64,000 nucleotides of DNA from Chthoniobacteraceae bacterium (GCA_040081625.1 JBEBGD010000012.1:1-64000); one strand, 5' to 3'. Counted from the first letter of the stretch, positions 8,148 to 18,687 are shown. Numbers and translations are program-made. Notes: generated from the sequence alone by a model not told the origin.

Positions 8148-11100
8148 TTACTTCCACTCCGCCAGCCAGGCCTGTGCGCTGGCGGCGTTGTTCGTCACGA
8201 TGTTGAGCACGTCGAACTCGCCGACGAATGGCGACTTCGTGATCACGCTGCCCGTCGCTGAGTGCGGGAAGATCTCGCCGCGGACCTGGTCCATCATCAG
8301 CACGTTGTCCTGCGGCGTGCCGATCAGCACGAGATCGGCGGGCTTCGTCGTCCACTGTGGGAAGCGGTGCGGCGTGCGGAGCGGCTGAAGGCTTGCGACG
8401 ACATCGCCGGGCGCGGCGAGCCCGATGCGCGCCTTGCGTCCGGCCTGCTCGAAACGCGCGGCGATCTGCTTCGCCAGCGCGACGAACTTCGGATTCCGCT
8501 CCTGCGCGGGAGTGAGCGCGATGACGAGCGGCACTTGTTTGCGCGCGGCGAATTTCCTCAGCGCGGCATCGCTCGGCGCGGGCGCTCGTGGCGGCGGGGG
8601 CTGCAGGTCGAGCGGCTCCGATTGCCGGCCGCTCAGCAGTTCGGCCGCCACCACGCGATTCGCGGCCCGCGGCGCGATCGTGACGGTGTCGTCGCTTACC
8701 GCGGAGAGTTTCGTGAGCAGCGTGTCGTCGTGAAAGAGCGCGATCTCGACGGGAACACCGCGCAACGGCGAACCGTCGGCGGCGCGGGTCTCGACGCGCA
8801 CGCGAGCGGGCTCGGCGAGGGTCAGCGCGACGGATTCGATCTCCGCGGCCGGCAGCGCGAACCACTGAAAGCCGTCCGCGTTGAAATCCACCTGCGCGGC
8901 TTCCTCCGCGGTGAGGCGGCGCCGCTGGCGCACGTCGTAGATCGGGCGCGTCGTGTGCCACGCGAGCGTGGCCGTGCGCGGCTTCACGTAGAGACTGGCG
9001 TTTGCTTTCGTCTTCCACACCTCGGGCCGGCTTGCGCGGGGGTCCGCTGGCCGCACGAATTCCTTCGCTTCGTCGCCTTCCGCGAAGGCCCAATTCACCG
9101 CTGTGATGTAGAGCGTGTCTTTCACCCGCGTCGGCACGGCCCACATCGTCGGATCCTCGCTCGTCGCCGCCGGCGGGGCGATGCCTTCGAGCGCGGCGCG
9201 GAGTTTCGTGATGTTGCCGGCGTTGCGCGCGAGCAAGCGGGGCGTGGCGTCGAGTTCGCTCTGCGTGACGTAGGACGCGACGCGCAGGCCGGTCTTCGTG
9301 CCGGGCACGGGGCTGTCGGATTCGTCGTCGAGCAGGATGCGACCGCCGCGCGCGATGAACTGCTGGAGCATTGGCTCGAGTCCTTTCGACCAACTCCATG
9401 TGGCGTCGCTCTGGTCGAGGCCGACCAAGAGCAGCGTCTTCATCGAGGTCGGCAGCGGGCCGCGTGCGATCTCCGGATAAGTGACGACGCGCGCGGGCCA
9501 GCCGGCGGCGTGACAAAGCCAGAGCGCCTCGGTGACTTTGCCTTCGTGCGAGCCGCGAAGCAGTTCGTCGGGAGGCGCGTTCTCGTTGGTGTTCACGGGC
9601 TTCTGCACGGCCTCGAGCGCGCCGAAGAAAACGCCGATCGTCGCCTCGGGCAGCGTCGCGGCGTAAGCGGCGCCGTAGCGTTGGATCCATCCGTTTAGCT
9701 CTGCGTGCGTGTTGTCGCCGGCAGGCGGGAGAAAATTTGTGCCGATGCCGCGCACGCCGCGCGTGAGGGCGAGCGCATACGCGCGCTGCATCGCCTCGCG
9801 ACCGAAGAAGAGCTTGGTGTTATCGACGAGCGCCCACGTCGGCGCGGTCGGACTGTAGCTGCGCAGGCGGTCGATGAGCGCGACGAGGTGCATCGGCTTC
9901 GATGAGTGCAGCGTGTTCGCGTCGTAAGCCTGCTGCACGCGCACACCTTCGAACATCATGCGCCCCGGCGTGCTCGCCCACGGCCAGCCGCCGCGCGCGC
10001 CGGCGCCGGGCGATGAGCCGAAGGACGCGGTGGTGAAGACCTGCGCCGGATCGACGCTGCGCACGGCCTCGGCAAAATAGCCGTATTGCCGAAAGGCGTA
10101 GTCGTAGCGCTGCACGTAGCGCATGAACTCGGCCTGGGTTTTCACCGACTGCTCGAAGGGCAGCTCCACCGGCCCGAGCGTCGGCCCTCGCGGGATCGCC
10201 GGCTGTGGCGTGCCCATGAATGCGATCATCGCTTCGCCCCACGGGCGATCCGGGTTCGGTGCAACTTTCGGCGCGAGCGCGGCGTAGCCGGCGTCGCCGC
10301 CGCCGATCATCAGTCCGAGAAATCCGGGCACTCGCGCGAAGCGCTGCGCGGTGAGCTGGAGCGAGCGGTAGAGCGGCTGGTGCCAGTCGGGCAGCGTGTG
10401 CGCGAGCAGCGCGAGGTTCGGGTGCTGCAAGTCGGGGCGCGTCCAGTTCTGGTCGTATTGCAGGCCGAGTCGCACGCCGACTTTGCCGAGCGCGGCGGCG
10501 CGCGTCTCGAGCGACCCGGCGTCGCCCGGCGCGGGCAGCGATGCGACGGGTTCGAAAACAGCGTCGAAGCCGAGCGCGCCAATCTGCTTCGCGTATGCGT
10601 CGGCATTCATTCCCTTTTTCCAGAAGCCGCCGCTCATGCCGTGGGGCAGGCCGGCGGCGTAGATCGTGAGCGGGGAAGATGTCGTGCGCAGCGCGATGCC
10701 TGCGGCCTTCGGCGCCGGGGCGACTTGAAACTTCGCGGTTGTGGCGACATCGGCGTCCCATTCCTTTTGGTTCGGAAACTCGTCGGGGCGCACCGGCGTA
10801 TAGACGCGCACTTTCGGCCCGTCGCCCGGCACGCGCGCATCGACGGAGAGCGTGCGCTCGACCGGGTTGCCGAGCTTCACCGGCGCGAGTCCGACGCTGC
10901 ACTTCACCGGCCCGCGGCCAGCGACGGTGATCTCGTAGGGCTTGCGCAGTTCATTCGCCGGGAGCAGCAGCGTGAGCGAACGCCATGGGCCATCCTTTTG
11001 GAAGACGACGGCGCCGGCGACTTTCACGACGACGTTCTTCACCTGCGGTCCGCCTTCGCCCTCGATGCGCAGCGGGAAGAGCCACAGCTCGTAGCGGCCG

Positions 11101-11519
11101 GTCGCGTCGATGCCGGTGGCGCTGGTTCGCGCGGTCGGGTCGGCGGTGTAGATGTGTTTGCGATTCGCGACCCACGCGATCGCGCGCAGCCAGTGGTGGC
11201 CGGGCTCGATCACGTCATCGCCGCGCGCCTCGAATGGCGAGCGTGCGTCGGCATCGCGTCGCAGCCACAGCGGCACTTTCTCGACCGGGCCGCCGCGAAA
11301 TGCGGGGCGGCCATCGAAGGTGAGCGCGGGCCAGTCGATCGCGTCCGGGCCGTCCCTGCGCTTCGCGAGCTGACGCGTGGGTGCATAGCCGTCGCTGAGT
11401 CCGCGCGGCATGTCGTAGCGCACGAGCTGGAGTTCGGCGGTGAACTCCGGCGGCACCGGCTTTTCCTGCGCGCAGACCGCGGCGACGAGGGCGGCGAGGA
11501 TGGAGAGTCGGCGGAACAT
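8148..11519 (-). CDS. Large secreted hypothetical protein (~1123 aa), possibly glycoside-hydrolase-like
   Basis: Long ORF with host codon usage; signal peptide MFRRLSILAALVAAVCA; central segment (TIGVFFG...LLLVGLDQ...LQQFIARGGRILLD) resembles a beta-galactosidase trimerisation-type domain. Confidence 0.7.
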   Translation of the reverse strand: MFRRLSILAALVAAVCAQEKPVPPEFTAELQLVRYDMPRGLSDGYAPTRQLAKRRDGPDAIDWPALTFDGRPAFRGGPVEKVPLWLRRDADARSPFEARGDDVIEPGHHWLRAIAWVANRKHIYTADPTARTSATGIDATGRYELWLFPLRIEGEGGPQVKNVVVKVAGAVVFQKDGPWRSLTLLLPANELRKPYEITVAGRGPVKCSVGLAPVKLGNPVERTLSVDARVPGDGPKVRVYTPVRPDEFPNQKEWDADVATTAKFQVAPAPKAAGIALRTTSSPLTIYAAGLPHGMSGGFWKKGMNADAYAKQIGALGFDAVFEPVASLPAPGDAGSLETRAAALGKVGVRLGLQYDQNWTRPDLQHPNLALLAHTLPDWHQPLYRSLQLTAQRFARVPGFLGLMIGGGDAGYAALAPKVAPNPDRPWGEAMIAFMGTPQPAIPRGPTLGPVELPFEQSVKTQAEFMRYVQRYDYAFRQYGYFAEAVRSVDPAQVFTTASFGSSPGAGARGGWPWASTPGRMMFEGVRVQQAYDANTLHSSKPMHLVALIDRLRSYSPTAPTWALVDNTKLFFGREAMQRAYALALTRGVRGIGTNFLPPAGDNTHAELNGWIQRYGAAYAATLPEATIGVFFGALEAVQKPVNTNENAPPDELLRGSHEGKVTEALWLCHAAGWPARVVTYPEIARGPLPTSMKTLLLVGLDQSDATWSWSKGLEPMLQQFIARGGRILLDDESDSPVPGTKTGLRVASYVTQSELDATPRLLARNAGNITKLRAALEGIAPPAATSEDPTMWAVPTRVKDTLYITAVNWAFAEGDEAKEFVRPADPRASRPEVWKTKANASLYVKPRTATLAWHTTRPIYDVRQRRRLTAEEAAQVDFNADGFQWFALPAAEIESVALTLAEPARVRVETRAADGSPLRGVPVEIALFHDDTLLTKLSAVSDDTVTIAPRAANRVVAAELLSGRQSEPLDLQPPPPRAPAPSDAALRKFAARKQVPLVIALTPAQERNPKFVALAKQIAARFEQAGRKARIGLAAPGDVVASLQPLRTPHRFPQWTTKPADLVLIGTPQDNVLMMDQVRGEIFPHSATGSVITKSPFVGEFDVLNIVTNNAASAQAWLAEWK

Positions 11520-11575
11520 GGGGCGTTGCGGAATGAAACGCCGCTCCAATGGCGGATGCAATCTCCAGCGTGCGG

Positions 11576-12040
11576 CTAAAGCCGCGCCTCGAGCTGCGCG
11601 AGGCGGTCGATGAGCTTCTCGGGGCTTGGAGCGTCGCGCAGCATGGCCTCGCTTTCCGGAGCCTTGAGGATGCGCGAGAGCAGGCCGAGGATGCGGAGGT
11701 AATCGCTGTCGAGCGCCTTCGGCAGCGCGATGCAAAAGACGTAGCGGACGGGCTGCGGCGAATCGGCGAAGATGATGCCGGCGGGCGAGCGGCCGATGCT
11801 CATCACCATCGCGTTCACCGCGTCGGTGCGCACGTGCGGCAGGCAGAAGGCGAAGTCGCCATCGCGCTCGCCGATGCAGGGCGCGGCGCGGAGCAGGCCG
11901 GCGAGCATCGGCTCCCACTCGAGCACGGAGGGCGATGAGCGCAGCAGCGCGGCGGTCTCGCGGATGGCGGCGTCGCCATCGGTCGCGGCGAGGGCGAGGC
12001 GGATGCGCTCGGGGCGCAGGGTGTCGGTGATGGAGAGCAT
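11576..12040 (-). CDS. PTS EIIA domain protein (PtsN/fructose-type)
   Basis: ~154 aa; FAFCLPHVRT phospho-His motif, IGRSPAGIIF, YLRILGLLSRILK. Confidence 0.85.
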   Translation of the reverse strand: MLSITDTLRPERIRLALAATDGDAAIRETAALLRSSPSVLEWEPMLAGLLRAAPCIGERDGDFAFCLPHVRTDAVNAMVMSIGRSPAGIIFADSPQPVRYVFCIALPKALDSDYLRILGLLSRILKAPESEAMLRDAPSPEKLIDRLAQLEARL

Positions 12041-12041
12041 C

Positions 12042-12908
12042 TCAGACGGCGGTCCCGCTCCACTTGAGTTTCTGGCGCAGGACTTCAAAGAAGGTCGTCT
12101 CGGGCAGCGTGGCGAGCCGCAGTTTGTGCGCGGCTTTGGTGATGCGCAGGACTTCTCCGGGGCTGACCGACGTGGCGTGCTGTCCGTCGATGGTGAGGAA
12201 GATGCCCGGGCCGTCGGCCTTTGGTGTGATCTCGATGACGCTGTGGTCGCTCACGATGACGGGTCGCATCGTGAGCACGTGCGGGCAGATCGGCGCGATG
12301 ATGAAGACGCCGCTGTCGGGCGTGAGCACCGGGCCGCCGGCGCTGAGCGCGTAGGCGGTCGAGCCGGTCGGCGTCGCGATGATTAGGCCGTCGGCGTTGT
12401 ATTCGCTCAGCCACGCGCCATCGATGGATACGTCGAGCTTGATGAGCCGCGACAGCTCGCCGCGGCTGATGACGGCGTCGTTGAGCGCAAAGCCCGCGTG
12501 CCGCACTTCGCCGGGCGCGACGAGCTCGATCGAGAGGAGCGTGCGCTCTTCGATCCGGAAGCGATCCGTGGCGATGCAATCAACGGCTTCGCGCCACGCG
12601 GCGCTGCCGACGCTGGTGAGAAATCCGAGTGAACCGAGATTGATGCCGAAGACGGCCGGCGCCGGGTCGCTCATTTCGCGGACGGCCTCGAGCAGCGTGC
12701 CGTCGCCGCCGAGGATGAGCAGCAGCTCGCACCGGCGCGCGAGATCCGCGCGGTCGTGCCCGCTGCGTTCGCCGAGCAGCGCGGCGGTCTGCGTGTCGAA
12801 CATCGGCTCGATCCCGCGCTCGCGCAGCAGGCTTACGACGCCGTGCACGATCCCGGCGGCGCCGGGCTTGGCGGTGTTGGCGATGAGACCGATGGTGCGC
12901 GCAGACAT
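12042..12908 (-). CDS. nadK: NAD(+) kinase
   Basis: LGGDGTLL, GINLGSLGFL, ALNDAVI, DGLIIATPTGSTAYALSAGGP, ICPH. Confidence 0.96.
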   Translation of the reverse strand: MSARTIGLIANTAKPGAAGIVHGVVSLLRERGIEPMFDTQTAALLGERSGHDRADLARRCELLLILGGDGTLLEAVREMSDPAPAVFGINLGSLGFLTSVGSAAWREAVDCIATDRFRIEERTLLSIELVAPGEVRHAGFALNDAVISRGELSRLIKLDVSIDGAWLSEYNADGLIIATPTGSTAYALSAGGPVLTPDSGVFIIAPICPHVLTMRPVIVSDHSVIEITPKADGPGIFLTIDGQHATSVSPGEVLRITKAAHKLRLATLPETTFFEVLRQKLKWSGTAV

Positions 12909-13008
12909 GGCGCTTGGATACACACTTGGCCGCCGCGCCCATAGTCTGTTTTGCGGAAGTGCATTTTAGTTTTGCCGTAAAGCTGGCGGCGGCGTAACCC
13001 TCGGGCCG

Positions 13009-14046
13009 ATGTCCGACGAGCCGAAGCCAGTTACGATGCAAATGATTGCCGACCGCGCGGGCGTGTCGCGCATGGCGGTCTCGCTCGCGCTGCGAAACAG
13101 CCCGAAAGTCTCCGCCGCCACGCGCCAGCGCATTCACGACATCGCCGCGGAACTCGGCTACCGGCCGAACCCGCTCGTGAGCGCGCTGATGACGCAACTG
13201 CGCGATGCGCGGCGCGTGCCGCGCCCGACGACGCTGGCGTTCGTGACGGCGTATCCGACCGAGGAGGGCTGGCGGCGGCCGGGACCGTTCGTGGAGTTTT
13301 ACGAGGGGGCGAAGGCGCGGGCGGAAGCGCTCGGCTACACGCTCGAGGAATGGTGGGCGGCGCGTCCGGGCATGAGCGAGCGGCGGCTGAGCGAGATCCT
13401 TTTCAACCGCAATATCCACGGCCTGCTCGTCGCGCCGCTGCCCGCGGGGGTCGCCTCGATCGGGTTGGATTGGGCGAAGTTTGCCGCCGCTACGATCGGT
13501 CTCAGCCTCATCGAGCCGGCGATCCCGCGTGCGTCGAATGACCAGTATCACTCGATCACGCTGGCGTTGCAGGAGCTCACGCAGCTCGGCTACCGGCGCA
13601 TTGGGCTGGCGATCACCGACGAGGAAGACGTGCGCGTGCAGCGCAAATGGAGCGCGGGATTTCTCGTCTATCAGCAGGGCATCCCGGTGAAACAGCGTGT
13701 GCCATCGCTGCGGGCGAGTGGCGCGTTGTCGGCGGTGTTTCCGGATTGGTTTCGCAAGCATCGGCCCGAGGTCGTGGTCTCGCAGGAGCCGCGCTGCATC
13801 GAGTATCTCGCACGGCTCGGTGTGTCGGTGCCGGGCGATTCCGGCTTCGCGCATCTCGCGCTGACTGACTCGGACAAGGACATCGCGGGGATCAACCAAA
13901 ACGGCCGACTGGTCGGCGCGAGCGTGATCGACCTCGTGGATGCGCAACTCCGCCGCAACGAACGCGGCGTGCCCGCCGATCCGAGGACGGTGCTCGTGCA
14001 AGGCCGCTGGGTGCCGGGACCGACCGTGCGCGCGGTCGGACCGTAA
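13009..14046 (+). CDS. LacI-family transcriptional regulator
   Basis: N-terminal HTH TMQMIADRAGVSRMAVSLALRNSPKVS...LGYRPN; sugar-binding-type C-terminal domain. Confidence 0.92.
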   Translation: MSDEPKPVTMQMIADRAGVSRMAVSLALRNSPKVSAATRQRIHDIAAELGYRPNPLVSALMTQLRDARRVPRPTTLAFVTAYPTEEGWRRPGPFVEFYEGAKARAEALGYTLEEWWAARPGMSERRLSEILFNRNIHGLLVAPLPAGVASIGLDWAKFAAATIGLSLIEPAIPRASNDQYHSITLALQELTQLGYRRIGLAITDEEDVRVQRKWSAGFLVYQQGIPVKQRVPSLRASGALSAVFPDWFRKHRPEVVVSQEPRCIEYLARLGVSVPGDSGFAHLALTDSDKDIAGINQNGRLVGASVIDLVDAQLRRNERGVPADPRTVLVQGRWVPGPTVRAVGP

Positions 14047-14053
14047 GCGCGTT

Positions 14054-14956
14054 GTGGAGACTGAGCCGCCGAGGGACGCCCCGACGCTCGTGCCGCTGGC
14101 GGATGGCGGATGCGTCGCGGTGCAAAGCTACGGCGACCCCGCGGGCGAGCCGGTTTTCTTTTTCCACGGGTGGCCGAGTTCGCGATTCCAAGGCGCCGTG
14201 GCGCACGACGCGGCGCGCGAGTTGGGTGTTCATTTATTGAGCCTGGACCGTCCCGGCATCGGCCCATCGAGTCTGGCCGTGGGACGTTCGCTGCGCGACT
14301 GGCCCGGCGTGCTCGCGAGGGTCGCCGATCATTTCGGCGTGGAGAAATTTCGCGTGCTCGGCGTGAGCGGTGGCGGGCCGTATGCGCTGGTGAGCGCGTG
14401 GGCGCTGCCGGAGCGTGTGACGGCAGCGTCGGTGGTCAGCGGTGCGCCACCGCTCGCGGATCGCACGGATCTCGCCGCGCTGATGCCCGCCTACCGCTGG
14501 CTGCTGACGCTTTATCGCCGCAAACCCGAGTGGGTGCGGTGTCTCTTTCGCATCGGGCGCGGGCCGGCGACGCTGCGGCCGCCGCGCTGGCTCTGGCGGT
14601 TGATCTTGTTCGCGATCCCGGCGCCGGATCGGCGCGCGCTCGACGAGCCGCATGTGCTCGATCGCGCGTGGGCGGGATACTCCGGCGCGTGGGTCGGAAA
14701 TCCGGACGGTGTGTTTCACGATGCGCGCATCTACGCGGAACCGTGGGGATTCGACCCCCGCGAAATCCGCGTGCCGGTGCGCGTGTGGCACGGGCGCGAG
14801 GACCGCAACTTCCGGTGCGAACTGGCGGAGGGACTCGCCTCGCGCATTCCCGGATGCGGCGCACGGATGCTCGATGGCGAAGGCCACTACTCGCTCTTCA
14901 TGCTGCGCAACCGGGAAATCCTGCTCGACCTAATGAGCGACAAACCCGCAGGTTGA
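14054..14956 (+). CDS. Alpha/beta hydrolase
   Basis: FFHGWPSSR, DRPGIG, GVSGGGPYA nucleophile elbow, WHGRED, EGHYS. The GTG start is approximate. Confidence 0.87.
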   Translation: METEPPRDAPTLVPLADGGCVAVQSYGDPAGEPVFFFHGWPSSRFQGAVAHDAARELGVHLLSLDRPGIGPSSLAVGRSLRDWPGVLARVADHFGVEKFRVLGVSGGGPYALVSAWALPERVTAASVVSGAPPLADRTDLAALMPAYRWLLTLYRRKPEWVRCLFRIGRGPATLRPPRWLWRLILFAIPAPDRRALDEPHVLDRAWAGYSGAWVGNPDGVFHDARIYAEPWGFDPREIRVPVRVWHGREDRNFRCELAEGLASRIPGCGARMLDGEGHYSLFMLRNREILLDLMSDKPAG

Positions 14957-14968
14957 ATCCCCACCTCC

Positions 14969-16288
14969 ATGCGCCACCTCCTCCGCCTACTTCCTCTCGT
15001 CGTGTTCGCATTCATCGCCCGCGCCGAGACTCCGCCGCCCGGCTTCACCGCACTCTTCAACGGCAAGGACCTGAGCGGCTGGTATGGCTGGGGCACGAAG
15101 GAGCCGCGCGAACTGCTGGCGATGACGCCCGAGCAGCTCGCCGGATACAAAACCAAGTCGCTCGATGACGTGAACGCGCACTGGCGCGTCGAGAATGGGG
15201 AACTGGTCAACGACGGCAAAGGTCTCTACCTCACGACCGACGCAAACCACGGCGACGTCGAGTTGCTCGTTGATTACAAGATGCTGCCTCTCGGCGACAG
15301 CGGCATTTATCTGCGCGGCGTGCCGCAGGTGCAGATCTGGGATTACACCGAGGAGAAGAAATTCGCGATCGGCGCGAACCTCGGCTCCGGCGGACTTTGG
15401 AACAACGAGAAGGGCTCGCCCGGCAAGGACCCGCTCGTGAAAGCCGACAAGCCGCTTGGCGAATGGAATCGTTTTCGCATCGTGATGGTCGGCAGCCGCG
15501 TGAGCATCTGGCTCAATGAGAAGCTGGTCGTCGATCACGCGATCCTCGAGAACTACTTCGACAAGAAGAAGCCCGCCGAGCTGCGCCTGCCTATCCTCCC
15601 GCGCGGGCCGATCCAGCTCCAGACGCACGGCAGCGAGATACGCTGGCGCAATGTTTTCGTCCGCTCAATCCCGAGCGACGAAGCGAACAAGATCCTCGCG
15701 AGCAAAGGCGGCGACGGCTTCGAGTCCATCTTCAACGGCAAGGACATGACCGGATGGGCCGGGCCGATCGATGCGCTCAAGGTCGAGGACGGCGAGCTTC
15801 GCTGGAAGGAGAAGAAAGGCGGCACGCCGTATTGGAATACCGAGCTCACCGATTTCGTCGCGCGGCTCGAATTCAAGCTACCGCCCGGCGGCAACAACGG
15901 CCTCGCCATTCGCTATCCCGGCAGCGGCAATCCCGCCTACGCAGCGGTGACCGAACTTCAGATCCTCGACGACAACTACGAAAAAGTGCGCGGCAAGATC
16001 GACCCGCGCCAGGCTCACGGCAGCGCTTACGGCATGGTCGCCGCCTCGCGTGGATATCAACATCCGATTGGTGAATGGAACTTCCAGGAAGTCACAGTCA
16101 AAGGCTCGACACTGCGCGTCGAACTCAACGGCACCGTGATCCTCGATGCCGACCTCTCGAAGGTGGACATGGCCAACGTCATGGCGAAGAGCCCGCACCC
16201 CGGCAAGGATCGCACGAGCGGCTACTTCGGATTCGCCGGCCACAACGATCCCGTGTCGTTCAGGAACGTGCGGATCAAGAAGCTGTAA
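14969..16288 (+). CDS. Secreted tandem DUF1080 (3-keto-disaccharide hydrolase-like) protein
   Basis: Signal peptide; two copies of GFxxLFNGKDxxGW...SGxxxRG...GEWN...GxIxLQxH/GH...FRNV. Confidence 0.9.
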   Translation: MRHLLRLLPLVVFAFIARAETPPPGFTALFNGKDLSGWYGWGTKEPRELLAMTPEQLAGYKTKSLDDVNAHWRVENGELVNDGKGLYLTTDANHGDVELLVDYKMLPLGDSGIYLRGVPQVQIWDYTEEKKFAIGANLGSGGLWNNEKGSPGKDPLVKADKPLGEWNRFRIVMVGSRVSIWLNEKLVVDHAILENYFDKKKPAELRLPILPRGPIQLQTHGSEIRWRNVFVRSIPSDEANKILASKGGDGFESIFNGKDMTGWAGPIDALKVEDGELRWKEKKGGTPYWNTELTDFVARLEFKLPPGGNNGLAIRYPGSGNPAYAAVTELQILDDNYEKVRGKIDPRQAHGSAYGMVAASRGYQHPIGEWNFQEVTVKGSTLRVELNGTVILDADLSKVDMANVMAKSPHPGKDRTSGYFGFAGHNDPVSFRNVRIKKL

Positions 16289-16352
16289 CGCGAAGTGCCC
16301 GCATTGAGGCTGTGAACGCGCACTCGCCGACGCCGACTTTCCATCCCGCGCC

Positions 16353-17321
16353 ATGATCATCGATTGTCACAACCACGTCGGCTCCGACATCATGTTCTGG
16401 CTGCGCGGCGACTTCCCCTACGCGCAGCATCTCATCACGATGACGAGCGAAGGCCGCGCGCTCGGCGTGGATCGCTGGGTCGTCTTCCCGTTCGTCATCA
16501 ATCTCTCGCTCCAGATCGAAGCGCTGCGCCGCGGCGAGATCGTCTATGGCGGCATGGAGAAGGTGCCGTATGCGTTCGAGAACCGACGGCTGCTCCGCGA
16601 GATCAACGAACTTTTTCCGGAGGAGGGGAAACGCTGCCTGCCTTTCGCGATGGTCGATCCCATGCGCGAGCAGGCGGGGCAGATCGCAGAGCTGCGCAAG
16701 CTGCGCGCTGAATACCAATTCCACGGACTGAAAATTCAGTCCACGATGCTCCAGTCCTTCATCCGCACGCTCGGCGAGGAAGGTTGCGGCTTCATCGAAC
16801 TGGCCGCCGAGTGGGACATTCCGTTTATCATCCACTCCAGCGTCGGCGATGATCCGTGGGCACAGGCGAGCGACATCCTCGACATCGCGGAGAAATTCCC
16901 GCACGTCCGCTTCTGCCTCGCGCACTCGTGCCGCTACGACAAGGAGTGCCTCGACCGCGTGAACGCGCTTCCGAACACATGGTTCGACTGCTCCGCGCAC
17001 TGCATCCATTGCGATGGCGCTGTCGCCGATCTGCCTTACATCGCGCCGCGCGCGCGCCGCTTCGACTCCGACTTCACCGACCCCGCGCGCGTCATCGCCG
17101 ACCTCGCCGCGGCGTATCCCACCAAGTTCATCTGGGGCAGCGACTCGCCGTATTATAGTTACGTCGCGATGCTCGGCAGCGAACGCATCGCGCTCATCAG
17201 CACCTACGCGAAGGAAGTCGCCGCGCTCAAAGCCCAGCCGCCCGAAGTGCTCGACCGCATCGCGAACACGAACACGCGCGCGTGGCTCAAACTCAAAGAC
17301 GACAACATCTTCGCCTCATGA
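16353..17321 (+). CDS. Amidohydrolase family protein (amidohydro_2-like)
   Basis: IIDCHNH metal motif, GLKI, IIHS, LAHS, WGSDSPY. Confidence 0.85.
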   Translation: MIIDCHNHVGSDIMFWLRGDFPYAQHLITMTSEGRALGVDRWVVFPFVINLSLQIEALRRGEIVYGGMEKVPYAFENRRLLREINELFPEEGKRCLPFAMVDPMREQAGQIAELRKLRAEYQFHGLKIQSTMLQSFIRTLGEEGCGFIELAAEWDIPFIIHSSVGDDPWAQASDILDIAEKFPHVRFCLAHSCRYDKECLDRVNALPNTWFDCSAHCIHCDGAVADLPYIAPRARRFDSDFTDPARVIADLAAAYPTKFIWGSDSPYYSYVAMLGSERIALISTYAKEVAALKAQPPEVLDRIANTNTRAWLKLKDDNIFAS

Positions 17322-18682
17322 AAACAGCCTTCAGCCTCCTCTTGCTCGCCTGCGCGGCGCTCGCGCAGTTTCCCAGCGATGCCGCGATCGAGGCGATCAT
17401 CAAGGAGCGCATCGAGGTCGGCAAGGCGAGCACCGCCATTGTCGTCGGCACGGTGGATCAGCAAGGCATTAAGGTCGTCGGCTACGGGCAGGTCGATGCG
17501 AAGACGGATCGTGCTCCCGATGGAGACACCGTCTTCGAGATCGGCTCGGCGACGAAAGCATTCACGGCCATCCTGCTCGCGGACATGGTCAGTCGCGGTG
17601 AGATGAAGCTCGACGATCCCGTCGCGAAATTCCTGCCGCCCGCGGTGAAGATGCCGACGCGCGGCGGGAAGCAGATCACGCTGCTCGACCTCGCCACGCA
17701 CACCTCCGCCCTGCCGCGGATGCCCGACAACTTCAGCCCGAAGGACCCGCACAACCCGTATGCCGATTACACCGTCGAGCAGATGTATGAGTTCCTCTCC
17801 CGCCACACCCTCACCCGCGACATCGGTGCCAAATACGAATACTCGAACCTCGGCACCGCCCTGCTCGGCCACGCGATCGCGCTGAAGGCCGGCACCACTT
17901 ACGAGGCGCTCGTGGTGGACAAGATATGCAAGCCACTCGGGATGGTCAGCACCCGCATCACCCTCACGCCGGAGTTGCAGGCGCGGCTCACGCCCGGCCA
18001 CACGGCGACCGGCGCCCCGGCTCCGAATTGGGACCTCCCCACCTTCGCCGGCGCCGGCGCGCTGCGCTCGACGGTGAACGACCTCACCAAGTTCGTGGCC
18101 GCGAACCTCGGCCTGCCCATGAGCACCATGAGCGCGATGATCCAGAAGACCCACGAGATCCGCATCCCCGCGGCGCTGCCGAACATGGGCATCGCACTCG
18201 CCTGGCACGTGAGCCACGCCTTCGGCAACGACATGGTGTGGCACAACGGACAGACCGGTGGCTATCACTCCTTCATCGGCTTCGATAAGAAGCAGCGCCG
18301 CGGCGTGGTCGTCTTGTCCAACTCCGCCGCCTCCATCGACGACATCGCGATGCACCTGCTCGACAGCCGCAACGCGCTCACCAAGCCCGTGGCGAAGACG
18401 GAGCGCAAGGTCGCCGAGATCGACCGCAGTATCTACGACACCTACGCGGGCAAATATGAGCTGGCTCCCGGCGTCCTGTTCACCATCCGGCGCGACGGCG
18501 ACCGACTCCTCGCGCAGCTCACGGGGCAGTCGGAGATCGAGATCTATCCCGAATCGAAGACCGACTTCTTCTACACTGTGGTCGATGCCCAACTGACCTT
18601 CGTCGTGAACGACAAAGGCGAAGCGACGGCGCTCACCCTCCACCAGGCCGGACAGCACCCGACCGCGAAGCGAATCAAGTAA
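17318..18682 (+). CDS. Secreted serine hydrolase (beta-lactamase/AmpH-like) with C-terminal DUF3471-like domain
   Basis: Signal peptide; FEIGSATK (SxxK), YSN, WHNGQTGG; C-terminal YAGKYELAPG...; ATGA overlap with the upstream gene. Confidence 0.9.
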   Translation: MKTAFSLLLLACAALAQFPSDAAIEAIIKERIEVGKASTAIVVGTVDQQGIKVVGYGQVDAKTDRAPDGDTVFEIGSATKAFTAILLADMVSRGEMKLDDPVAKFLPPAVKMPTRGGKQITLLDLATHTSALPRMPDNFSPKDPHNPYADYTVEQMYEFLSRHTLTRDIGAKYEYSNLGTALLGHAIALKAGTTYEALVVDKICKPLGMVSTRITLTPELQARLTPGHTATGAPAPNWDLPTFAGAGALRSTVNDLTKFVAANLGLPMSTMSAMIQKTHEIRIPAALPNMGIALAWHVSHAFGNDMVWHNGQTGGYHSFIGFDKKQRRGVVVLSNSAASIDDIAMHLLDSRNALTKPVAKTERKVAEIDRSIYDTYAGKYELAPGVLFTIRRDGDRLLAQLTGQSEIEIYPESKTDFFYTVVDAQLTFVVNDKGEATALTLHQAGQHPTAKRIK

Positions 18683-18687
18683 CCGTC

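Noticed and set aside
4481..11519. Two genes both starting MFRRL
   Set aside because: This is ordinary signal-peptide n-region composition and the similarity does not extend further.
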